DNA of 61,804 nucleotides, filler included, from Jimgerdemannia flammicorona (lineage: Eukaryota), in NCBI GenBank assembly GCA_003990765.1. It is 3 parts of 3 records of this genome, joined end to end, with 100 filler letters (N's around TTAATTAATTAA, not from the genome) between each part and the next. Parts side by side here need not be neighbours in the genome. Positions count along the whole stretch, not along the records: positions 41,274 to 61,804 come from RBNJ01001659.1; 2 more parts are not named here. The stretch is one strand, 5' to 3'. Under the pieces are notes generated by a model. That model saw only the letters and a program-made list of their open reading frames with translations. It did no database searches and was not told the origin of the DNA. The position numbers were made by a program, and so were the translations under genes. This document shows, piece by piece, positions 41,274 through 50,620 of the stretch. Position 1 is the stretch's first letter; every line of letters starts with the position of its first letter.

Positions 41274-42365
41274 TTTTTTTTTTTTTTTTTTTTTTTTGTT
41301 TTTTTTTTTTTTAATGAACTCAATGTCTTACAGATTTTTATTAGAAGGGAACCTAGACTATATAGGCCAAAACCCTCTCCCACCACTTACCAAACACTGC
41401 CCCCCCATTAACCTAGACTAGCTATTGTCCAGCAGCTCAACCATACTAGGTGCAGTAGGGCCTATAGCAGCCCACACCTCATTCTGTACACCATGCTCTC
41501 CCTACCACCAGGGGAAATCCAGCCATACACCAACGACTGAAGATGTATGCCCAAGAACCCAACATATGTATAAGGCCACACTCGAGCCAAATAGAATAGC
41601 CTCTGCCACTCTAAAGAGAATGACAGGTAAAGAAAAACCCTTATCAAAGCACAACACAGTGGGTAGGGCCTGGTTCTCCCAGTCGAGGTAAGTAAAGGAC
41701 TTATACATGAGGTGGCAAGAGACCTCCAATACTCCACTACTCAAGCCTGTGGGTCTCGATCACATTGCTATGTCAGCTCTCAGTTCTAGTTGAGTACAGC
41801 CAAGATATCTGAAATGGATAGTCTTGGGCCCCCCAACCCCTCCTGATGATCAGGGCCCAATCCACTGAATCACCAAAAGAAGCCAAGAGTGACACCTACT
41901 ATCTAACTATGCTATACCAATCAAAAGACCCCACCAAAGCAGCACCTGCTCCAGCTCTGATGACCACCCCCAGCCTAGCACTCTACTGGTTCACCATTAT
42001 TATCCTTTCTCCTATCTGTGATAGCCATCTCCCATCCCATCCCAACAACACCCAAAAAGCAGTCACCTACACTAGAACCATGCTTGCTGAGAAGCTTGCC
42101 AAAGCCAGAGGACCCCACTATAGGCACCGAGGACCTGCAGGTAACCTACATTGAGCACTTGATGCCTATGGTTGGCCAACTCTCTATGTAGCCCAAGATA
42201 CATCAAGACAGTACTTTGTTGGTGATAGCAAAAGGAAGAAGGCACCACACCAAAACAGATATACTCCAGATGCAGCTGAAGGTACCAGAAACTACAAAAA
42301 AGTAAAGAAGACACCAATCTGATACTGATAAAGAGGTAACTTGTCACTATTGCCTCCCTCCCACT
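41274..42365 (-). repeat. Dispersed repeat of unknown class, copy 2, with poly(A) tail
   Basis: Reverse-complement homologue of 19490-20537. On the minus strand it has AATAAA followed by an A-tail (T-run 41274-41312). Confidence 0.8.
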
Positions 42366-42489
42366 GTCCTATAATAGGTATAGTAAACCAACTCAAGGTA
42401 GAGGGAGTAATAATTGTGGAAAATAGACTCAGAAGGTTGCCTACCAAACCATTGTAACCAGTAAGGTAGTAGAGAAAGGGGCACCAACT

Positions 42490-42501
42490 TGTAGTCCTCC
42501 T

Positions 42502-42540
<39 letters not shown>

Positions 42541-42551
42541 TAGTCCTCCTA
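42490..42551 (+). mobile_element. Tail-only retro-insertion: TTAT(A)32 flanked by a 13-bp target-site duplication
   Basis: TGTAGTCCTCCTA at 42490-42502 and again at 42539-42551. Confidence 0.8.
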
Positions 42552-43599
42552 CTTCTTCTATAACAGAGAGGTTTAACTGGTAGGCTGACTCTTTGTAGCT
42601 CATTTTGGATTTGTATGACTAGTTGTGACTGGTTTCTGAATTTATATAAGGTTTTTTAATAAGGCAAGATATAATGATACCACTACTACTAAGTGTAATG
42701 ATTCTAGTTTCTTTAAGAGAAAGTAACTTAATCTGGAAGTTCTAGTTGACCTAAAGTAGCTCAAAGAGATACTTAAAGATTTAAGTATTCTTGAAGAATT
42801 TCTGAGAGAAAATATTCTAAGCTTTATTCAGGCAGAGAATAAGGATATTTATACATGATCTGAAAGAAAGATCTGGAAGAATCTTAAAAAGAAAGAGAAA
42901 TACCAAGAAATAGATTTTTGGCAAAGATGACTGATATGGTTCTATAATGTTCTAAAAGGTTCTATGACTAGCTAAGATAAGATATTTAGTATCAAGAAAA
43001 AACAAGAGTATTCTAGTAGTGTCTGGGCATTGAGAGAAGGTTTTTAAGTAAGTATAAAGTAGCAGAATATAGTAGAATGTTCAAGAAATAACAAGAAAAG
43101 ACTAACTAAAAGATGTGAAAATATACTAAGACTAAATATGACTGTGAAATTATTACAATATTTTTATATATAATAATATTACATATATAATATTTCTGAT
43201 ATTTATAATAGTAATATAATAATAATAATTAATTTAAGATATATTTATTAAAGATTTATAAAATTTAAAATATTATTTATAAGAGTATATATATTATTAA
43301 CTTCAACTTATTTTATAGATATAATCTTATATATATCTATAAATATAAATAGTATATAATTGATAAATAAATAAATTTATTTACTTTTTTTTTTATCTAT
43401 AATTATAGAAAGTCTTTTTATTATAATTATTATTACTTTTATCTTAGTAGACTTCTTTTTATTAATTAGAGTTATTATAAATAATAAGATAACTATTACA
43501 TATATTATTAAGTTCTTCAAAACTACTAATACTTAAAAAAATTAAAATAATATAGAAAAGATTAATATAATCTCTATATATGTATATAAGAATAATACT

Positions 43600-44676
43600 A
43601 TTTTTTTTTTTTTATATAATCTCTTAGACTTTTATATTTATTACTAAACTAATCTAAATCTATATAATATATAATATCCCAACCCTTACCCAATCTCTCT
43701 AGAAGACCTCTCTCTCTTCTCTCTCTTACTTCTTCATAACAGAATACTATTTACCTATTAATAATTACAATCTTCCTATTACTTTTCTTATAAACTCTCT
43801 CTATTAGATAGTAATGATAATCTTAAGGACTCTATCTCTACCACTAGTCAGATATAATGTCCACCACCAATCTCTCTTACTATACTATTCTCTTCTTTAA
43901 TTTTATCTATCTTCTATCCTCAAAAATATATAGCTAATATTTAGCCAATTTCACCTATACTACTAAAGTCCACCCAATAGTAAATTACTTATTATCAATA
44001 TATTCTATCAACTATAACTTCAAGTCTTCTCAATGATCACTCTCTCCACTCTCTTGCTCTGTTACTTCCAATTAACTACTAACTATTACTCAGTAATCTC
44101 TAAGGACTCTACACTCACTCAGCCAATATTCTAGCATATGTATAAAATCTCTCTCCTATCTTATATTATAATACTCTTCACAATTAAAGATCTCACTATC
44201 AACTAAATGATCTGAGTAAAAGTTCAATATAATATTCCTCCTTAGTATATATTACTATACTATACAGAAATTCAAAGAAAGTTACTACTATATCTCAGTG
44301 CTCTATAATCAGATATCAGCCTAGTCTCACTTCTTACTAATACCAACTAACTACCAGCTAACTGGCTACAGATTCTGGCCTATTTCCTATTAATACTTCA
44401 ACTCAATACTAATATCAAAGTCTATTAGAGAAGAGCTATTCAGCAGTAGCTTATTTTACCTCTATATTACTAGACCTCAGTATATCTCGTCTTTAGTATC
44501 TTTTCAATATAGACTAATATAACAAGTACCATCTACCATCTCTCATCAGAACCCTCTAAACTATAGATACCTACTATTCTTTAGGTCAACTATAGATAGC
44601 AAATTATCAGAGAATTCTCTAGAGAAGAACTATATCTCTCAGATCCTCTATATTAAAAACATCTATCTATCTCTAC
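43600..44676 (-). mobile_element. Extremely decayed LINE 3' fragment with A-tail
   Basis: T-run at about 43600 and a minus-strand AATAAA...AGTCTAAG that matches the other LINE 3' ends; residual similarity to 20640-21600. Confidence 0.65.
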
Positions 44677-45161
44677 TGTAACGTAGCGGACACTTACTCT
44701 TGAAAGTACGTCAGATTTCTGTATCTTGAAAACTTGACTGTTCTGACTCTCGCAGAGTCTCTTGAAGTTGTAGGAGAGAGTGGGTGAGTTCAAAGTATAT
44801 CTGCTTGCAGGCTTACTAGTTCCTTTGCTATCTCTTTGCTTTGAACTATTTTGATCTGAGGTTTATTCACTCAAAGATACTGGGTTATTTATACAAGTTT
44901 GCTAGCTATGAGATGGCTACTGAGTTACGCAGCTAAGTTATGAGTCATTTGGACTTTGTCAAAACATCTGGATAATATCTAAATGCTATACTAAATCGGG
45001 GTATTCGATTTGGATAATGTCCAAAATTTAGACAATGTCTAAGAATTTAGACAATGTCGAAATCAAGGACTGCTAACTATAAGGCTATACCTCTTTGGGA
45101 ATGGGTGCGATCAAGTGTCTATTCCCTATTTTCTTCTTCCAAATTTGGCTGTACCATCACA
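44677..45161 (-). repeat. 3' LTR of the gypsy element (485 bp)
   Basis: Minus strand TGTGAT...GTTACA, preceded by the purine tract AGGAGGAAGT. Confidence 0.75.
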
Positions 45162-45199
45162 ACTTCCTCCTGAATAGATGGTCTCATCCCTGAGGCATC

Positions 45200-45661
45200 T
45201 TATTCAAACTCCCAGGCTTCAATGGTCTGTATGGTCTTGTACTGTGCAATTTGCTGCATGACTGTTTCCCAATAATGTCTTCTCACTTTCTCGAAGTCAG
45301 TAGGGGTTACTCCTCTCAGGTGGTCTATCGCTGCTTCATCTTCTCGGAATAACTTGTGGATCCTTTTGGCAATAGTTATCTGTGAGTGGGAGAGTTGACA
45401 CTCGGCAATCCAGTCCTCCTTGGTTTTTGCTGGATCCTGATTGAGCACCTGTCCAAGCTTGAAGTACTCTTGGAATTCTGCCCGATATTGATAGGCTCTA
45501 AAGTGTGAGATCCAAGAGAGATGAGTCTGCACAATACTCTGAATATCCTCATAGTATGGCTCTATAGTTGGAGGCTCAGTGGTGTGCCATTATCTTTCGA
45601 TGGCTCTTTGGGCAGCACTAGTGATCTTGAGTGCCATTGCAGTACTTTTGTTACTGGCCAT
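45200..45661 (-). pseudogene. Extra ORF (~153 codons, one internal TAA) between integrase and the 3' LTR
   Basis: MASNKSTAMALKITSAAQRAIER*WHTTEPP...QTIEAWEFE. Its ATG overlaps the pol stop at 45651-45653. Confidence 0.65.
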
Positions 45662-48354
45662 GATATTTCTTGAGTCGGTTTTGGTGAACGGTGGTGGGGA
45701 TTATTGTGCCTGAGGGTTTTTGTAGCCAAAAGGTGGTCCCTTTTATATCTTGCACAAGGTAAGGTCCTTCCCACTTGGGCTCCAGTTTTCATGACCATGA
45801 AGCTTCTACTATATTCCGATACACTAGGACTTTGTCTCCTATCTTGATAATCTCCAAGGGCTTGTGGGTCTTTTCCACATTCCTTCATTATAGTGTCTGT
45901 ACCTTGGTTATGTAATTCTCAGCCTTCTTCCTGATTTGGTGTAGTCTCCATATTTCCATGTCCACATGTTTCCATACAGCATCTCTATTGGATGATAGGG
46001 TTCCTTGAGAACATTTTTCTCCGAACAGCATTTCTCGAGGGGTAAAGTGGGTGCTTTGTGATTGGATATCCCGGAGAGCAGATAATGCTATTGGCAGATA
46101 GTGATCCCAGTTCTTGTAGTTATCACAGATCTTGGCGATAACATTCTTGAGAGTTTTGTTGGTCCTTTCTACTTGTCCATTTCCTTGGAGGTGATAGGCT
46201 GTGGTCCGAATGTGCTGGATCTTGTACTTCTTGTAGAGAACCTCAAAGAGCTGGTTTACGAATTCTGTTCCTCTGTCTGTAGTTACTTATGTTGGGGTCT
46301 TGAACTGGCAGATGATTTCCTTGTAGAAGAAATCGGCGATTGACTATGCATTGGCTTTCTTGAGAGGTCCTGCTTCTATCCACTTCGTAAAAAGATCTAC
46401 AATGACAATGATGTATCGGTTACCAGTCAGGGTCAAGGGTAGAGGGCTGATTACATCCATTGCTATATGGGCAAATGGTACTGGTTCTATGTATGCTGAT
46501 TCTGGGGCTTGATTCCATTGGTCTTGTTTCTGTTTCTGGCATTTGTCACATGTCTTGACAAATTGTCTGATATCTTCCTCCATCCCTGGCCACTATATTG
46601 TTCTTCTTGCCTTGTTGTATGTATTCGTTCCTCCTAGATGGCCAAGTTCGTATACTGATTTCATCACTTGCTCCTTCTTGTATTCTGGTATGACCAGTAG
46701 TTTTCCTTTCTTCAATGTTTCTCTATCAGTTTTGAATTGTTTCCATGTCCTGTTGATAATCATTTGTGTCCATTCTTCCAGATGTTGGGACATCTTTCGC
46801 TGTCCCAGATATGTGATAATTCCATAGTAGAGCTCTTTATTCATGATTGATTTGTTGGTTGGAGGTGATTCGAGGTGTCTATGAGAGAGCATCTGCATTG
46901 GAATTTGTTCTTCCAGGGTAGTGCACGATGGTTACATTATAGGCTTGTAACTTCATTATCCATCTGGCATAGATTCCCTTGGGTTGTCCAGTTGTCAGTA
47001 GCCAGGTGAGAGCTGAGTGGTCCGTCTGGATGGTGAAGTGTCTTCTGGCCAGATAGTAGTGGAACTTTTCCACAGCCCAGATGACTGCAAGGCATTCCAA
47101 CTTGTAGGACTCATATTCTTTTTCAGCCCCTCGGGTTCCGCGGCTAAGATATGCAATGACATACTCTTTTTTGTCTTCTTTTTAAGCTAGAACTGCTCCT
47201 AGTCCTTGTGTGCTTGCATCCGTCTGAAGGATAAATTCTTGAGTCCAATTGGGTCATCTGAGGATGGGTGCCTGAGTTAGTCTGATCTTGAGTTCGTCAA
47301 ATGCTTTTTATTGTATACCAGTCTACTGGAACTTGGTATCCTTCTTGTTGAGTTCGTAGATTGGGCCTGCAATGTTGGAGAATCCTCTAATGAATCTGTG
47401 ATAGTAGGAGGCAAGTCCCATGAAGGCTTGGGCTTCTGTGACAGTAGTGGGCCTTGGGTATGCTGCTACCACTTGTATTTTGAGGGGGTCCGTATATGTT
47501 CCATCTCGATTGATGATATGGCCAAGATAGGAGATCTCGATTTCTGCAAACTTGCACTTCTTGGGTTTGATATACAGACCATATTGTCTTAGTCTCTCCA
47601 TTATCTGCTGTATGTGCTACAGATGTTCCTCAGGTGTCTTGCTGTAGATGATTACATCATCGACATAGACCATTATCCATCTTCCCATGTCATAGCGGAA
47701 GATTTTGTTCATCATTTGTTGAAAGCTTGCTGGTGCATTGCACATTCCGAATAGCATTCATAGGTAGATGTAGGTTCTATCTGGGGTGATGAAGGCTGAC
47801 TTTTCACTTGCCACTTCTGTGAATCCAATTTGGTGGAATCCTGAGTATAAGTCCAAGGTGCTATAGTACTGTGCTTCATCTCCCAGTGTTATAAGAATGT
47901 CACTGATGAGTGGCAGTGGTTGACAATCCTTCTTAGTGACTGCATTGAGCTTTCTGTAGTCGATACAGAGCCTTGGGGCAAATTCTCCAGGTTTGCTTCC
48001 TTTTTTCGGGGCTAGTACAACTGGTGAAGACCAGGGGCTGCTGGCTTCTTTGATGATACTGGCTTCTTCCATCTGCTTGATTTCTTCTCTGAGCCATTCT
48101 TGGTAGGCTGGCGGGACAGGTCTTGCTTTCTGATAAATTGGTTCAGTGTCTCCAGTATCTACCTCATGATAGTAGTGTGGAGTCTTTCCCTTAATATCCT
48201 TGAAATCTGTGGTGAGGACATCCTCAAATTTGTAGAGTATTTTCTTAAGTTCCTCCTTGAGTGGGAATTCATCTCCAATGGTGTAACTATGCTTGCTCGT
48301 GTTTTTCTCCTTCTTGTGCTCGAGTTCAGTAATCTTGGTGCTAGCAAATACTCC

Positions 48355-48667
48355 TCTTCCTGTGGATCCAAATCCTTTCTTTCCTCTTTTCATTTCCTCT
48401 AGATTCTTGACTTCTATGATCCTTGGCTGTATGATTGGAAAGATCAACATCTGTGCCAATTGGTCCTTCTTCTTGACTGGGAATGGAATTGTAGGATTGT
48501 AGTTCCTAGCAATGAGTAGAATTTCTCCAGTATAGTCTGAATCAATGACTCCTCCTTCAATTGTAATTTTTCTTCTAGCCAGGCTGCTTCTTGTCTTGAG
48601 AATCCCAATATGATCCTTTGGGATGGTCATCTCCAGTCCAGTTGTGAGTAGGGTGGTTGTCTGGGGT
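48355..48667 (-). CDS. dUTPase domain within gypsy pol, N-terminus removed at the Penelope-like junction
   Basis: Trimeric dUTPase motifs RSSLA, GGVIDSDYTGEI, AQMLI and RGKKGFGSTG, in frame with the RT. Confidence 0.93.
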
Positions 48668-48998
48668 GGAAGAAGGCCCAGCGGGAGCCAAGGGAGTGAA
48701 CCCAGAGCCAGTGTCAAAGCGAATGGAAGACATGTGGAAGAGCGTATATAAGGGGGACGAACAAAGAACGTAACCGAAAATGCATCAGCCGTTTATTGCT
48801 ACGTAAAAACGCGGTCCTTATATACAAAATACGACGTCCCAAAAGGGAGGACGCGCCACAACTTGGGGCGAACCGAATTAGGAACCACATGACTGCCGGA
48901 GATAAGCGGAGATAAGAGGGGAGCCAATCCCAGTTGCAGGATAAAAATCACAAACAAACACAAACAAAACAAATCCAAATCAAGATTAAAAAACATCC
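48668..48998 (-). repeat. Inverted copy of the terminal repeat (331 bp)
   Basis: Reverse complement of 49150-49480 with a few transitions. Confidence 0.97.
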
Positions 48999-49149
48999 TT
49001 GCCCCCTCCGGGGTCTCGCGCTCGCTCCAGGGTCTCGGCCTTACTCCACTCCCCTCTGCTGCCTTCGGCCCCTCGCTTCGCTTGGGCTCGCTGTGGCTCG
49101 CTCCGTTTCGGCCTCACCCCTTGCTCACGCTCACCCCTCCGGGGTCTGC
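48999..49149. other. Structured GC-rich hairpin cap with a Y-shaped apex
   Basis: Manual pairing: 49003-06/49141-44, 49010-14/49133-37, 49018-20/49128-30, 49030-33/49116-19, 49037-40/49110-13; apex hairpins at 49061-69 and 49070-86. Confidence 0.75.
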
Positions 49150-49487
49150 GGATGTTTTTTAATCTCGATTTGGATTTGTTTTGTTTGTGTTTGTTTGTGA
49201 TTTTTATCCTGCAACTGGGATTGGCTCCCCTCTTATCTCCGCTTATCTCCGGCGGTCATGTGGTTCCTAATTCGGTTCGCCCCGAGTTGTGGCGCATCCT
49301 CCCTTTTGGGACGTCGTATTTTGTATATAAGGACCACGTTTTTATGTGGCAATAAACGGCTGATGCATTTTTGGTTACGTTCTTTGTTCGTCCCCCTTAT
49401 ATATGCTCTTCCACATATCTTCCGTTCGCTTTGACACTGGCTCTGGGTTCGCTCCCTTGGCTCCCGCTGGGCCTTCTTCCTCCTCTG
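49150..49487 (+). repeat. 5' pseudo-LTR containing TATATAA (49324), AATAAA (49351) and the ORF1 start
   Basis: Positions 49167-49487 are repeated directly at 52630-52950. Confidence 0.95.
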
Positions 49488-50620
49488 CTGTACTGCCTGC
49501 CCTCGGGGCCTCTGTCCTCGTCGACGAGCTCATGGATGAGGTACTTCCTCCTCCCCCTCCCCCTGCCTTCACCCCCGCCACTGTCTCCTTTGAGACCTAT
49601 ATCTCATCTGCCATCCTTTCCCTCCCCCTGGACCTTCATCCTTCTGGTCGTCCGCTCCTCTCCCAGTTCCGGTCGGTTCTTGCTCTCTCCGCCAAGGAGG
49701 CTCGTCTCCACCGTGACGTCGACATCGTCGCTCCGCCCGCCATCCGCTACTCCATTCTCCCTGAGGCCTGCCACCAAGCCCTCTCTGAAGAGGTTCGTGC
49801 CGCCACCGCCGCCGCCAAACTCGCCGCCGCTGACACCGCCACTGCTTCTGCCACTGCCGCCTCCACCGCCTTCCACCATGCCTGTGCCGCTTTCGTGGCC
49901 TTCGCCTCCTCCCGCCTTTTGGATGCCGCCCCTTTCTGTAGCTTTGCCATCCACGAGGTTCCTTCGGTCACCGCCGACATCGATGCTGTGCGTCATTTCC
50001 TCCTCACCGGCACTTCCTTTGTCGCTCGTCTTCACGAGCAGGAGTCTTCACATGCCGCTGCTGCTGCTCACACCACCACCACTACTCCCCTCCCTGCCTC
50101 CCCCGAGGTTTTGGTCTCCGAGGCCATTCGCGCCGAAGCTCGTGCTGCTGCTCGTGCTGAGGTTCGTTCCTTCGCCACCGCCGCTGCCAAGGCCCCCTCC
50201 AAGACCCCCGCCAAGCCCAACCAGGCTTCGTCAGCCTCTTCCCGGTCCCCCTCCCCCACCAAGGCTTCCTCCTCCGTTCCCCCTGCCCCCAAGCGTGGCC
50301 GCCAACTTGGTTCTCGCCCCGTCGGGGCTTGGCCTTGCGCTGTCTGCTCCGGTCGCCTCCACCGTGCCTACTGGCACCCGGCCAAGTCCGTCTGTCCTCA
50401 TGGTGGTGTTCCTCGCGCTACTGCCCCTTCGGCTGCTCGCTCGCCTTCGGCCTCCTCTGCCGGTTCCTCCTCCGCCTCCTCTACCCGTGCCCCTGAATGT
50501 AAGGGCTGCACGAAAGCCTGTGGCCACAAGGTCTGGCACTCTGATGGGGTGTGCTCCCATTCGTCAGGCTCGCCACCTTCAAAAAAAGTCAGAGGGAAGG
50601 GGAAGGCCTCCCACTCTTAA
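49403..50620 (+). CDS. ORF1 of the Penelope-like element: Ala-rich helical region, Ser/Pro linker and two Cys/His motifs (Gag-like)
   Basis: Open 405 codons with CAVC...WHPAKSVCPH and CKGC...WHSDGVCSH. The ancestral start is probably 49415, which is ATG in the other two repeat copies. Confidence 0.8.
   Translation: MLFHISSVRFDTGSGFAPLAPAGPSSSSAVLPALGASVLVDELMDEVLPPPPPPAFTPATVSFETYISSAILSLPLDLHPSGRPLLSQFRSVLALSAKEARLHRDVDIVAPPAIRYSILPEACHQALSEEVRAATAAAKLAAADTATASATAASTAFHHACAAFVAFASSRLLDAAPFCSFAIHEVPSVTADIDAVRHFLLTGTSFVARLHEQESSHAAAAAHTTTTTPLPASPEVLVSEAIRAEARAAARAEVRSFATAAAKAPSKTPAKPNQASSASSRSPSPTKASSSVPPAPKRGRQLGSRPVGAWPCAVCSGRLHRAYWHPAKSVCPHGGVPRATAPSAARSPSASSAGSSSASSTRAPECKGCTKACGHKVWHSDGVCSHSSGSPPSKKVRGKGKASHS

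Larger units (their letters stand above)
44677..48667 (-). mobile_element. 5'-truncated Ty3/gypsy LTR retrotransposon (dUTPase-RT-RNase H-integrase, extra ORF, 3' LTR)
   Basis: Motifs SSPWSSPVVLAPKK, RLCIDYRKLN, LDLYSGFHQI, YVDD, TDAS, ECLAVIWAVEKF, TDHSAL, ADALS, GHLG...CDKCQ, HIAMDV and WEGPY, in RT-RH-IN order. Several stops and frameshifts. Confidence 0.96.

Noticed and set aside
47758..48717. ORF start MTLALGSLPWLPLGLL as the true pol N-terminus
   Set aside because: The first 16 or so codons come from the adjacent inverted PLE repeat, so this is a junction chimera.
49355..49400. Hammerhead ribozyme in the PLE repeat (CTGATGC)
   Set aside because: The core needs CUGANGA and a downstream GAAA. 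Neither is present on either strand in any copy.
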